Assembly: GCA_024280495.1 (NCBI GenBank)
Contig: JAJRPZ010000047.1
Coordinates: 1 to 34,940, forward strand
Length of the DNA: 34,940 nt
Direction of reading: 5' to 3'
DNA from: Alphaproteobacteria bacterium
GTDB lineage: Bacteria; Pseudomonadota; Alphaproteobacteria; Caedimonadales; UBA9215
A model generated the notes under the pieces. That model made no database searches, was not told the DNA's origin, and worked only from the letters and a program-made list of their open reading frames with translations. Position 1 is the stretch's first letter, and each line of letters starts with the position of its first letter. Made by a program: the position numbers and the translations under genes. Shown piece after piece: positions 17,915 to 29,774 of the stretch.

Positions 17915-19111
17915 TTGCCCCCACTACTTTTCATAGGAAATATATTTTTTTCTTTCACTATTTCCATTACCATAGGACTCAGTTCCATGAATACTTCTGC
18001 GGAGGCTAGCCCTTCTTCAAATCTCACTTTGCGTCAAAAAATTGGACAAATGATTATTATCGGTTTTCACGGTACAAAACCCAATGACAAACAAATCCAA
18101 GTACTTTCGAAAAAAATCGAAAAAGGTTTAGTGGGAGGCGTTATTTATTTTGGGTATAATATAAAGTCTTCAGAACAAGTTAAAATCCTCAATACACACT
18201 TCAAAACCTTATCATCTCCCCTTCCCCTCATGATTTGTGTAGATCAAGAAGGGGGGCGTGTTGCACGACTTAATGAAGAAAATGGCTTTAAAAATTTTCC
18301 CACTGCCTTTGATATTGCAAGAACCCACACACCAAAACAGGCACAAGAAATCTATGGTGCCATGGCAAAGATGACAGCTAACGCTGGCTTTAATTGCGTT
18401 TTTGGGCCAGTTGCAGATTTAAATCATGATCAAACTCTGCCAACAAAACTTCAAAAACAAAATCCAGTCATTGGGGGGATGAAGCGTTCCTATAGTGCAG
18501 ATCCCAATATTGTTGCCCATTACGCACGCGCCTTTATTAATGCACATCAGGATAATAACATAATTACGTCCCTGAAACATTTTCCAGGACATGGCCTTGC
18601 CACATCGGACACTCATATTGATTTAACGGACATTACGGCAACTTTTCAAGAATCCCTTGAAATGAAACCCTATGAAATCCTTATGGAGGAGAAAAATATA
18701 GATATGGTCATGACGGCGCACGTAATACTGCGCAATTATGACTCTTTTTATCCAGCAACGTTATCTCCCACCATCATCAAAGAACTTTTACGTAAACGGG
18801 GCTACAACGGCGTGGTCATCACCGATGATCTTTTTATGGGGGCCATTCAGAAAAACTATTCCTTTAAAGAAAGCATTCTACAGGCCCTTAAAGCCGATGT
18901 AGATATCCTTTTATTTTCCATTAATCATGCAGCTAAAAAAGGGATTAATGCTAAAAATAAAAAGCAAGCCCATGGACAACTCATAGAACGTTTCATCGAC
19001 ATAATTGAAAGCGCCATTGCAACTGGTGACATTACGGAACAACGTATTCAAAAATCATATGACCGTATCGTTTCTTTAAAGAAAAAAAGATTTTCGCATA
19101 AAGCATTGTGA
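17915..19111 (+). CDS. GH3 beta-N-acetylhexosaminidase (NagZ-like); start TTG 17915 or ATG 17987
   Basis: KIGQM, VDQEGGRVARL, KHFPGHG....DTH, VMTAH, GVVITDDL.MGA. Confidence 0.9.
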   Translation: MPPLLFIGNIFFSFTISITIGLSSMNTSAEASPSSNLTLRQKIGQMIIIGFHGTKPNDKQIQVLSKKIEKGLVGGVIYFGYNIKSSEQVKILNTHFKTLSSPLPLMICVDQEGGRVARLNEENGFKNFPTAFDIARTHTPKQAQEIYGAMAKMTANAGFNCVFGPVADLNHDQTLPTKLQKQNPVIGGMKRSYSADPNIVAHYARAFINAHQDNNIITSLKHFPGHGLATSDTHIDLTDITATFQESLEMKPYEILMEEKNIDMVMTAHVILRNYDSFYPATLSPTIIKELLRKRGYNGVVITDDLFMGAIQKNYSFKESILQALKADVDILLFSINHAAKKGINAKNKKQAHGQLIERFIDIIESAIATGDITEQRIQKSYDRIVSLKKKRFSHKAL

Positions 19112-19168
19112 TAGGTAAAATAATGCAGTATCTTAAAAGTACTGTATTTATTGAATTTGGAGTATAAA

Positions 19169-19663
19169 ATGTCTCACTTTGATTATGAAACCATTGTGCA
19201 AAGAGCATTACGTGGTGCCGTCAAAGAATCTCTTGAAATGGTCCGTGACCATGGCTTTTCAGGATCCCATCATTTTTATATTACTTTTCAAACAAATCGC
19301 ACTGACGTTACAATTCCCGAGTTCTTACGTGAAAAACATCCCGAGGAAATAACTATTGTTCTTCAGCATCAATTTTGGGATCTCATAGTAACGGATACTG
19401 GATTCTCCGTAAGCCTTAGTTTTAATGACAAACACGAATCATTAAAAGTACCCTATGCTGCCATTGTTAGTTTCTTGGACCCTTCTGTGAAATTCGGCCT
19501 TCAATTCGTTCCTGATGAAGCCCCTACCCTTAACGCAGACGTCACCTCATTAAAAACAAAAGACACCCCTTCGGATAAGGTATCCTCTTCTTCAGACACA
19601 AAAAAACCTGCAACCACACACGTTGACAACGTCGTCACCATGGATCAATTTCGCAAAAAATAG
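19169..19663 (+). CDS. sspB: ClpXP adaptor SspB (alphaproteobacterial type)
   Basis: ALRG.V, HHFYITF.T, P.EITIVLQHQFWDL, F.DPSVKFGLQF, C-terminal NVVTMDQFRKK; SD GGAG before ATG 19169. Confidence 0.93.
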   Translation: MSHFDYETIVQRALRGAVKESLEMVRDHGFSGSHHFYITFQTNRTDVTIPEFLREKHPEEITIVLQHQFWDLIVTDTGFSVSLSFNDKHESLKVPYAAIVSFLDPSVKFGLQFVPDEAPTLNADVTSLKTKDTPSDKVSSSSDTKKPATTHVDNVVTMDQFRKK

Positions 19664-19666
19664 TCC

Positions 19667-20290
19667 TCAAAACAATCGCTGTGCCACAGTATACAAATAC
19701 GTCAGGCCAAAGTAAATCATGGCAAGGCCAGCGACTTGACTAATGCGAACGATAACATTTTTTGTAAATTTATGATGGGCGAAAGCAAGAGCAGCACTCA
19801 AACCACCTCCCCATAACAAAACACCTAAAATAATAAAAAGATTTAAGAAAAATCCTGACAGGGTCACCCCCACTTCGGGATCCATTGTGGCTGCAAAAAT
19901 TCCCGGCCAAAAAACAAGGGCCACAGGGTTTGCGATGGCCAAATAAAAACCCCAACCTAATCCATTTTGCACATCAATATCTGCATCCAAATCGAGATCT
20001 TTAATACCTTTTTTAAATCCCATATACCCCATATAAAGCAATAACAACGCTCCTATCCCCCCGAGGGTATTCAGCAACCAAGCATGGGAGAACAATTGCG
20101 AAAGACCAAAATAAGCCCCCATAAGACAAAGAATATTCCCAAGTGCTCCACCAAGACGCACACTAAAAGCCGATAAGAAACCGTGTCGCAAACCGCGCTT
20201 AATCATCTCGACGCTCACTGGTCCAATTGGAGCAGCAAGAGTTACTCCCAAAAGAAGTTTTTGTCCAATGGCCAACCAGTTCAAATCCAT
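19667..20290 (-). CDS. LysE-family translocator
   Basis: G..LAAPIGPV....I.RG...G, GALLLLYMG, GF.LAIANP...FW; about 6 TM. Confidence 0.9.
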   Translation of the reverse strand: MDLNWLAIGQKLLLGVTLAAPIGPVSVEMIKRGLRHGFLSAFSVRLGGALGNILCLMGAYFGLSQLFSHAWLLNTLGGIGALLLLYMGYMGFKKGIKDLDLDADIDVQNGLGWGFYLAIANPVALVFWPGIFAATMDPEVGVTLSGFFLNLFIILGVLLWGGGLSAALAFAHHKFTKNVIVRISQVAGLAMIYFGLTYLYTVAQRLF

Positions 20291-20357
20291 GTTTTAATTA
20301 CCTTAACATTATAAAGAACGTTACTTATAGAGCAACTCCAAAGAGATTGTAAAGAAA

Positions 20358-20915
20358 TTATGAACTATGATCACTCATAAGGACAACTGCTCCCGTTTTA
20401 CTCTGATGTTTTTCCAGATAATGCTTTGTTTTTGCTTCCGTTTTTAAATCCATGGCCGAAAAAGGTTCGTCCAATAAAACAATGTCGCGTTTTTGAAGAA
20501 GGCATTGTAAAAACATAACCAGCTGTCGCTGTCCCCCTGATAAATTTGTCATTTTTTGATCCAATTCAAAAGAGACATCAAAGCCATTCAAGGCCTCTAT
20601 GCATTCTGATTTTAGGGCACCACTCAGGTGCAAAGTGTCAATTACACTCAAGAGCGGAAAAAAAACGGGAGCTTGCATAAGATAGGACACAGGGCGTTTT
20701 TTAGTGGAAAGAGATAATAAACTCTGTCCTTGCCACTTAATAGCACCTTTTTGAGGCTTTAAAAAACCTGCAATCAAATCCATTAACGTACTTTTTCCCC
20801 AACCATTTTCCTCCCTAATGGTGTGAATTTTTTCAAAAGACAAATTATAACAAAATGATTTAGATTCCTCGTGATCTTCCTTATGACTATAAGTCAGGTT
20901 ATCAACCACCAACAT
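20358..20915 (-). CDS. thiQ: Thiamine ABC transporter ATP-binding subunit (divergent)
   Basis: Walker A variant EENGWGKST..LIAGF, KRPVS, LSGGQRQ, LLDEPFSAMD; start set at ATG 20915 (SD GAAAGGA); last gene of the TPP-regulated operon. Confidence 0.78.
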   Translation of the reverse strand: MLVVDNLTYSHKEDHEESKSFCYNLSFEKIHTIREENGWGKSTLMDLIAGFLKPQKGAIKWQGQSLLSLSTKKRPVSYLMQAPVFFPLLSVIDTLHLSGALKSECIEALNGFDVSFELDQKMTNLSGGQRQLVMFLQCLLQKRDIVLLDEPFSAMDLKTEAKTKHYLEKHQSKTGAVVLMSDHSS

Positions 20916-22296
20916 GTTTTTTCCTTTCCGTAAAAAATAAAGGAAGCAATACAACTAAAAACATAAGAAGCAATTGAACCCCTAAATAAAATGAGGCCTT
21001 TTCCATATCTAATCTTATCATCGCCTCATAACCCAATATGCTCAAAGGCTTTGTGCTTAAATAATCAGGAAAAACAAAAAGGTAAATAAGTAAATTGCCC
21101 ATGATAAAACAACATAAGGTTGCAATGGTTTTTAAAATAACGGGGCAATACTGAGGGATAATAAGGTAATAAAAAATTTGAAAAGGCGTCATGCGCAGAA
21201 GGTCTATGGATTTCTTATAACGCCTTTCTACATCATGAATAAAACCCATAAATTCATTCCATGCATAGGGCATATAACTCAACACAAAGAGAAGGAGCGT
21301 AGCCATTAATAACACCCCCATTTCACCTTTTGAATTTTCACCATTTAGATAAAGAGTCATGATAAAAATACCACTCACCAGTAAAATTTTAGGAACACTC
21401 CATAAAAAGAAAATACCTTGATTAAGTCTCCTTAAAAAAAATTCTTCTTTAGTAAGACCATAATTTATAAGCCCAAGAGTAATTCCCACGGTGATAAGAC
21501 TCGAAAAAGCGCCAATACCCAGGGTTAAGAAAATACTACCAATCATATCAGTTGGCAGATTATCAATATCCATTGATGGTAAAAATAAAGACAAGGGCAA
21601 AGCATAAAGGACCATAAGCCCTAATACCAAGGGAGAAGGAGAGTTTTTTCTTTCCCCCTGGATCTCCTTCTCCCCTGCCCTGTAATTTTTTATAGGATCC
21701 CTACGCCTTAAAAAAAGAATAATAATCAGACTTAAAAGGCCTTGTGCCCCCATAAGAAAATAAATATCACGGCCTTGAAATCCCTGCTCAAATTCTGCAA
21801 AAATAGAAAGGGTCAAGGTCGATATATCCCCCCTGCCGCTCAACAAAAGAATCGTCGAAAAAGCCGTGGAAGCCATCAAAAAAACAAGAAGCCCTGTATA
21901 AAATATTTCTTTCCCAAGAAATGGTAATTCCACGAGGCTAATCTGTTGCAAAGGACTCAACCTTAAAAGATAACTCTGTTTTATTAGGGATGAGGGAATA
22001 TAGGTCTTGTACCCCTGAAAAAAACGCCCTGTGCAATAAGGCAGCAACAAATAAGTATGTACAATAAGAATGGCACTAACACCAATCCATCCTGGAAAAA
22101 AACCCATGAAACAAAAAATCGCGACCAAAGGAGGCATGACAAAAAGGAAGCGCCCCATATGGAAAAAAGCTTTTATCAAAGGGTCTTCTCCCCTGGACCA
22201 AAAGTACCTGGCCAGAAAAAAACTAGGTAAAAGAACACTCAACGCGCTTGCCATACCAATGAAGATGGTATCCCCAAAAGCCTTCAGAACCGTCAT
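20902..22296 (-). CDS. thiP: Thiamine ABC transporter permease (two repeats, divergent)
   Basis: Duplicated ABC permease with F.MPPLVA, AFSTILLLSG...STL; coupled to thiB and thiQ. Confidence 0.75.
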   Translation of the reverse strand: MTVLKAFGDTIFIGMASALSVLLPSFFLARYFWSRGEDPLIKAFFHMGRFLFVMPPLVAIFCFMGFFPGWIGVSAILIVHTYLLLPYCTGRFFQGYKTYIPSSLIKQSYLLRLSPLQQISLVELPFLGKEIFYTGLLVFLMASTAFSTILLLSGRGDISTLTLSIFAEFEQGFQGRDIYFLMGAQGLLSLIIILFLRRRDPIKNYRAGEKEIQGERKNSPSPLVLGLMVLYALPLSLFLPSMDIDNLPTDMIGSIFLTLGIGAFSSLITVGITLGLINYGLTKEEFFLRRLNQGIFFLWSVPKILLVSGIFIMTLYLNGENSKGEMGVLLMATLLLFVLSYMPYAWNEFMGFIHDVERRYKKSIDLLRMTPFQIFYYLIIPQYCPVILKTIATLCCFIMGNLLIYLFVFPDYLSTKPLSILGYEAMIRLDMEKASFYLGVQLLLMFLVVLLPLFFTERKKHVGG

Positions 22297-23261
22297 GGTG
22301 AAACCTCTGCGAATGCCTTTGGAAGCTCAGTATCAGTCACGGGATAAAGGTAGGCTTCAGTCATTTTTTCTTGAATGGTTTGGGATAAAAGAACATTAAG
22401 TGCTGCCCTTATATAGGGGTGATGTCCTTGTTTTTTTTTCAAAATGCCCACGGAAAAAACTTGCAGTGGCGCCAATATATTTTTAATTTTAACAAATTGA
22501 ACTTGAACGCCTGGCAAAGGATTTTTTTGATAAAATATTGCAGTTGTATTATACCCCACCATGGCTTGTACTTGGGGCTGTTTAAATAAGGAAAATGCCC
22601 CAGACCACCCTTTGGTATGGGTCAAAATTTTTGGTTGAAGCTCTGCAGTAATCCCCTTAAAATTCCTTTGTATCCACTTTTGATACACACGTCCTATACT
22701 TGAAAATCGAGGATCACTAAGTATGAGACTGTTATTTTTTAAAGAGGCTGAAAAATTATGGAAATCGTTAAAATTTGCATTTCTTTTCTTATTTTCTTGT
22801 CCTTTTTTTATCTTCACAAGAAATCCAACATAAGCATAACCGAAAGGCATAAAATAATCTGAATCCCAAGGTATATTAATTTTAGTTTTTAAATTCTCTA
22901 TGGAAACAAAAACCCCAAGTTTTTCAAAACAAACCTTTTTTTGTGCAGATTCTTGTGCAAAAATATCTTCATCAATGAGCCCAATGACGATATCATTTTT
23001 CTTTAAAGCTTTCCCCCACATCAACATCAGCCTTAATTTAGATCCTGTCACAAATTTTATTTCAACGGGATGGAAAAAATTATCCGCCCCAATAACTTGT
23101 TTAAAAGAATCATGGACCAAAATTCGTAAAGGTTTTATTAAAGAAGATGATGCACTTATTTGGGGCGTAAAAATAAGAAAAAAAAGAAAGCAAAAAGGAA
23201 GTTTTTCGCAGTGATACCAGAATAAGTACTGGTATCGTAAAGAGCCTATATTTATTTCCAT
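22293..23261 (-). CDS. thiB: Thiamine ABC transporter substrate-binding protein
   Basis: LRILVHDSF, DIVIGL, F.PF.Y.YV.F, DPR.SS.G, T.GWS.AF.LF, V.Y.T; directly downstream of a TPP riboswitch. ORF-track start 23282 lies inside the aptamer, so ATG 23261 (SD GGAGG) is preferred. Confidence 0.82.
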   Translation of the reverse strand: MEINIGSLRYQYLFWYHCEKLPFCFLFFLIFTPQISASSSLIKPLRILVHDSFKQVIGADNFFHPVEIKFVTGSKLRLMLMWGKALKKNDIVIGLIDEDIFAQESAQKKVCFEKLGVFVSIENLKTKINIPWDSDYFMPFGYAYVGFLVKIKKGQENKKRNANFNDFHNFSASLKNNSLILSDPRFSSIGRVYQKWIQRNFKGITAELQPKILTHTKGWSGAFSLFKQPQVQAMVGYNTTAIFYQKNPLPGVQVQFVKIKNILAPLQVFSVGILKKKQGHHPYIRAALNVLLSQTIQEKMTEAYLYPVTDTELPKAFAEVSP

Positions 23262-23263
23262 TG

Positions 23264-23349
23264 CCAATTCCTCCGCCAGCATTATCTGGATCAGGTTACG
23301 GGTAAGTCATAGACTTTCTCAGCCGCGAAAGAACGCAGCACCCCGTTGG
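23264..23349 (-). promoter_or_regulatory. TPP riboswitch (THI element)
   Basis: Minus strand: CCAA-C-GGGGTG-CTGCG..CGCGG-CTGAGA-AAGTC.TAT.GACTT-ACCCGT-AACCTGATCCAGATAATGCTGGCGGAGGAA-TTGG; all core TPP motifs and stems present. Confidence 0.96.
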
Positions 23350-23361
23350 TTATTTGTTTGT

Positions 23362-23390
23362 ATAATACAATTAACTCCTCTAATTCACAA
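23362..23390 (-). promoter_or_regulatory. Putative sigma70 promoter of the TPP-thiBPQ transcript
   Basis: TTGTGA-N17-TATTAT just upstream of the aptamer. Confidence 0.55.
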
Positions 23391-23431
23391 CCCCTCCTAA
23401 ACCCTTCTAGTATTTTCTTTATTTCACCCTC

Positions 23432-23460
23432 TTGAGGCGGGTATTTTTATGTGGTAAAAA
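23432..23460 (+). promoter_or_regulatory. Putative sigma70 promoter of atpHAGD
   Basis: TTGAGG-N17-TAAAAA with extended -10 TG. Confidence 0.4.
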
Positions 23461-23519
23461 TGGTACATATTTTATATGGGTCAACTGAGACTCCTACAGG
23501 AATGAGAGGCGTAATTAAG

Positions 23520-24059
23520 ATGACTGAAATGGCAAAACGCTATGCAAAAGCCCTCCATCAACTCTGTGCCACAAAGGCAAATAAAGAGACTCTTTATAAA
23601 GAAACTAAACAATTTCGCACTTGGATCTTTGGGTCAATGGAGTTGAGGGCTCTGATTGATAATCCCTTGGTGCCACACGCTCTTTTCAAAGAATTGATTC
23701 AAGAAATCTGTTCAAAGGCTAAACTTTCTGAAACTTTATTGAACTTCCTCTCCTACGTCGTTGACCAAGGTCGCTTCAATAATATCGAGGATATTATTGA
23801 AGCCTATCAAAATTTACACCACGAAGAAAATAATATTGAAAAGGCCAATATTACAACGGCTTTTGATATGACTAAAGATAATCAAGATCTTTTTTGCACA
23901 TTTCTTGAAAAGTATTTTGATAAATCACTCATCCTTTCCTTTCAAACAAACCCCGAAATTATTGGTGGTTTTTGCATTACCAAAGGATCCAAACAAATTG
24001 ACGCCTCTCTTCAAACACAACTTTTTAACCTCAGTCGCACTTTAAAAGGAGCCTCTTAA
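23520..24059 (+). CDS. atpH: F1 ATP synthase delta subunit
   Basis: [20 protein letters not shown].....GS..IDAS...QL; start ATG 23520 (SD GAGG) preferred over GTG 23451. Confidence 0.93.
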   Translation: MTEMAKRYAKALHQLCATKANKETLYKETKQFRTWIFGSMELRALIDNPLVPHALFKELIQEICSKAKLSETLLNFLSYVVDQGRFNNIEDIIEAYQNLHHEENNIEKANITTAFDMTKDNQDLFCTFLEKYFDKSLILSFQTNPEIIGGFCITKGSKQIDASLQTQLFNLSRTLKGAS

Positions 24060-24060
24060 T

Positions 24061-25593
24061 ATGCAACTCCGCGCAGCCGAAATATCCGCCATTATCAAAG
24101 ATAAAGTCGCCAATTATAACGTTGAGTCTGAATTTTCTGAAGTCGGTCAAATTCTTGAAATTGGTGACGGTATCGCCCGTGCACATGGTCTTGATAACGT
24201 TCAAGCCTCTGAGCTTTTAGAATTTTCCGATGGGACTAAGGGAATGGCCCTTAACCTTGAAAATGACAACGTTGGTATCGTTATCTTTGGAGATGATACG
24301 CAAATCAAAGAAGGAGACACAGTCCGTCGTACAGGTAAAATTGTTGACGTACCCGTTGGCAAAGAGCTTTGTGGACGCGTTGTGGATGCCCTAGGAAATC
24401 CCATTGATGGCAAAGGCCCTTTAAAAACAAAAAAACGAGCCCTCGTTGAAGAAAAGGCTCCTGGAATTATTGCACGTCAGTCTGTTTCTGAACCCATGTC
24501 AACGGGGATCAAAGCCATTGATTCTCTTGTTCCAATCGGTCGTGGTCAACGGGAACTAATCATTGGGGATCGTCAAACGGGTAAAACGACAATTGCCATT
24601 GACGCCATTATCAACCAAAAGCGCATCAATGATGCTGCAAAAACCGATGCTGCAAAATTATACTGTATTTATGTCGCCATTGGTCAAAAACGCTCTACCG
24701 TTGCGCAAATTGTAAAAACCCTCGAAGACGCTGGCGCCATGTCCTATACAACCGTTGTCGCGGCAACGGCATCAGACCCTGCCCCGTTGCAATTTCTAGC
24801 ACCTTATTCTGGCTGTGCCATGGGTGAATATTACCGCGATAACGGTATGCATGCCTTGATTATTTATGATGATTTGTCAAAGCAAGCCGTTGCTTATCGT
24901 CAAATGTCTCTATTGCTACGTCGTCCTCCAGGTCGTGAGGCTTATCCAGGTGATGTGTTTTATTTGCATTCCCGTCTTCTTGAACGTGCAGCGAAAATGA
25001 GTGATGCCGAAGGCGGTGGCTCTTTGACGGCTCTTCCCATCATTGAAACACAAGCAGGTGATGTATCGGCTTATATTCCAACAAACGTTATTTCTATCAC
25101 AGATGGTCAAATCTTTTTGGAAAGCGAACTTTTCCACAAAGGTATTCGTCCCGCAATTAACGTTGGTCTGTCTGTGTCTCGTGTGGGTTCTGCGGCGCAA
25201 TTAAAATCCATGAAACAAGTTGCTGGATCCATTAAATTGGAATTAGCCCAGTATCGTGAAATGGCTTCTTTCGCACAGTTCGCATCTGATTTAGATGCCG
25301 CATCACAAAATCTTTTGTCCCGTGGTGAGCGTCTAACGGAACTTCTCAAACAAAACCAATTTTCTCCTCTGTTAAATTCGGAACAGGTTATCAGTCTTTT
25401 CGCTGGTACCAGAGGATATTTGGATACATTAAAGATCAAAGATATTCAACGTTTTGAAAAAGAACTCATTGAAACCATCAAGTCTGATCACCCAGAAGTT
25501 TTGACGTCATTAACCAAGGAATCAAAACTCACAGAAGAGACTGAAGAAAAACTAGAATCCATTTGCGCTGAACTCGTCAAAGTTTTTGCATAG
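24061..25593 (+). CDS. atpA: F1 ATP synthase alpha subunit
   Basis: [57 protein letters not shown]. Confidence 0.99.
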   Translation: MQLRAAEISAIIKDKVANYNVESEFSEVGQILEIGDGIARAHGLDNVQASELLEFSDGTKGMALNLENDNVGIVIFGDDTQIKEGDTVRRTGKIVDVPVGKELCGRVVDALGNPIDGKGPLKTKKRALVEEKAPGIIARQSVSEPMSTGIKAIDSLVPIGRGQRELIIGDRQTGKTTIAIDAIINQKRINDAAKTDAAKLYCIYVAIGQKRSTVAQIVKTLEDAGAMSYTTVVAATASDPAPLQFLAPYSGCAMGEYYRDNGMHALIIYDDLSKQAVAYRQMSLLLRRPPGREAYPGDVFYLHSRLLERAAKMSDAEGGGSLTALPIIETQAGDVSAYIPTNVISITDGQIFLESELFHKGIRPAINVGLSVSRVGSAAQLKSMKQVAGSIKLELAQYREMASFAQFASDLDAASQNLLSRGERLTELLKQNQFSPLLNSEQVISLFAGTRGYLDTLKIKDIQRFEKELIETIKSDHPEVLTSLTKESKLTEETEEKLESICAELVKVFA

Positions 25594-25629
25594 AATTTTT
25601 ATCTAGAAATTTTCCTTAAAGGTAAACCT

Positions 25630-27982
<2,353 letters not shown>

Positions 27983-27998
27983 AACATAGTCATTTAAA

Positions 27999-28040
27999 AT
28001 TAAAAGAAGCTGTGTATTTAATGACACAGCTTCTTTTAAT
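27999..28040. terminator. Bidirectional intrinsic terminator
   Basis: Perfect 17-bp inverted repeat ATTAAAAGAAGCTGTGT-N8-ACACAGCTTCTTTTAAT between convergent atpD and the XRE gene. Confidence 0.9.
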
Positions 28041-28059
28041 AGATTATTTTATGGATTTT

Positions 28060-28866
28060 TTATTCCTCAAGAGTTCCTGTAATGCGATAGGCCTCGACTT
28101 CTTTTAAAGGAAGGGTTATCTCTTTAACATCATTGGAATAAGAGGTTTTAAAAGTAAATTCCGTTGGTAACTCTTCTGATTCAATGGCTTTGTAAGTTCC
28201 AATAAAAACTTTATTATCTATTGTTTTTACAAATACAGAGCACCCATCTTTTAATGCCATGGTGGGATGAATGAGTAAAACATCTCTGCTACAGTAACGT
28301 GGCTCCCAACAAGATTCATCCAATTGACAAGCAAAAGCACCCTTCACACCATTAAAATCTTCGGGTCGGGGCATCATACGATCTGGCGATTCAGAGACAG
28401 AAGGAATGCCAGACTCTGAAACATTAATAGAAAATATAGGAAAATCAGGCACTATATTAGAATTTTGAGGTTTAGTAAGTGGAAAAGAGGCATTCTTTAT
28501 AAAGTGAGATTTCGTAAGAAGTTCCGCTGGATCGCATTCTAAGGCATTGGAAAGAGACTCTAATAAATCCTCATTCAACCGTCTAGACCCACTTTCTAAA
28601 CGTGAAAGGTAGGAAGGTGACATCTTTGTACGCTTTGCCAACTCTTCAAGTGTACATCCCAGTTTAAGACGCAGATCACGCAAAGGGTGCAGTGATTCTT
28701 TTCTTTTCCTGGTTTGAACCTTTGATTTAACGGGGTTTTTATTAGTATTTTCAAAAGAAATCTTTCCAGATACTACTTTAAGCTTCGAGTTTGTTTTTTG
28801 TGTTCTTGAGGGTGTAGAAACGTTCAGCACGTCTCTTCTGTCCAACTTTGAAGCGGACTTGACCAT
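28060..28866 (-). CDS. XRE-family HTH regulator with C-terminal S24 (CI/LexA)-like domain
   Basis: LRDLR...G.TLEELA..T.MS.SYLSRLESG.RRLN...L..L..AL.C.P.ELL; C-terminal RP....GV.GAFA......WEPRY...D.L.IHP; SD AGGAGA. Confidence 0.88.
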   Translation of the reverse strand: MVKSASKLDRRDVLNVSTPSRTQKTNSKLKVVSGKISFENTNKNPVKSKVQTRKRKESLHPLRDLRLKLGCTLEELAKRTKMSPSYLSRLESGSRRLNEDLLESLSNALECDPAELLTKSHFIKNASFPLTKPQNSNIVPDFPIFSINVSESGIPSVSESPDRMMPRPEDFNGVKGAFACQLDESCWEPRYCSRDVLLIHPTMALKDGCSVFVKTIDNKVFIGTYKAIESEELPTEFTFKTSYSNDVKEITLPLKEVEAYRITGTLEE

Positions 28867-29117
28867 ATTATTCTCCTGTTTATTCTTTTCGTAACCTTAA
28901 ACCAAAATATTTTTACTTGTTCTCTTGTGGAAACATAATAGAAAATATTTTCTTTACTTCACTATTTCTCTATTACTTATGCCATTTTTATTGACATTTT
29001 ATTCAGTTTTTTGTCATAAAGAAGTGATTGCTTATCCTACTTTATATAACTGTCAAGAAAAGACAAGTGTAAAAATGAGTTAATCAAAAAAAATCAATGA
29101 TAACAGGAGGTTACTTT

Positions 29118-29732
29118 ATGAAAAACGAAAAAAAGAAAAATAATTGTCAAAAAACAACACTCTCGCACTGGAGTAAAGACGAGATGAAAAATCTTTTAAT
29201 CCTTTTTTATATGGGAGCAACAACCAAAGAAATAACAGACCTCATTCAACGCACCCCCCAATCCATTGAAAAAAAGATAGATCGCTTACGCTTGAAGCCT
29301 AAATCAACATGCACTCATCTTCTTTCTATAAAGCGCCATATTCCAGAATCTTTACCCTCAATGGAACGAAGGAACTTAATTTTTGATATATCTAGCAGAA
29401 TTCAAGTAACGAGCCTCTCGGATATCACTGCTGCACTACAAAAAACATTCCCCCTTAAAAGAGAGCCTAAACAAAATAAACGACAAAAGGAAACTGATGC
29501 TCTCACCAAATCTAAAGAACAATGGAAAAGCCTTACGGAAATTGTCGGGTTCCTTGAAAAAAACAAAGGGCGTGTTCGAACTTTGAATGATTACAGCAAT
29601 CAACTCCATGGGTTCACCCATGCCATAGGTAATAGAAGACACAGCCCGTCAACTTTACTTCGAGAGGCGAACATCATTCAACATGAAGAAAATAAGCAAA
29701 TTTTTTATGTAACCAATACAACCGAAGAATAA
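29118..29732 (+). CDS. Hypothetical protein with GcrA-like N-terminal HTH
   Basis: SD AGGAGG before ATG 29118; WSKDEMKNLLILFYMGATTKEITDLIQRTPQSIEKKIDRLRL follows the W..E....L..L...G.....I......T......K..RL.L pattern. Confidence 0.7.
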   Translation: MKNEKKKNNCQKTTLSHWSKDEMKNLLILFYMGATTKEITDLIQRTPQSIEKKIDRLRLKPKSTCTHLLSIKRHIPESLPSMERRNLIFDISSRIQVTSLSDITAALQKTFPLKREPKQNKRQKETDALTKSKEQWKSLTEIVGFLEKNKGRVRTLNDYSNQLHGFTHAIGNRRHSPSTLLREANIIQHEENKQIFYVTNTTEE

Positions 29733-29774
29733 AACAGCCTTTTAAAAGAAATCAATTTTAAAAAGGAATTACAG

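Noticed and set aside
23262..23282. ORF-track thiB start at 23282
   Set aside because: The ATG is part of the conserved TAATG loop of the TPP aptamer and has no SD.
23451..23519. Extended atpH N-terminus (likewise atpD from 26477, sspB from 19151, thiQ from 20954)
   Set aside because: Overlaps a predicted promoter or upstream gene, or lacks an SD; downstream ATGs have SDs and match family length.
24631..24657. 12-bp duplication GATGCTGCAAAA in atpA (DAAKTDAAK)
   Set aside because: In-frame, in a variable loop; no sign of a mobile element.
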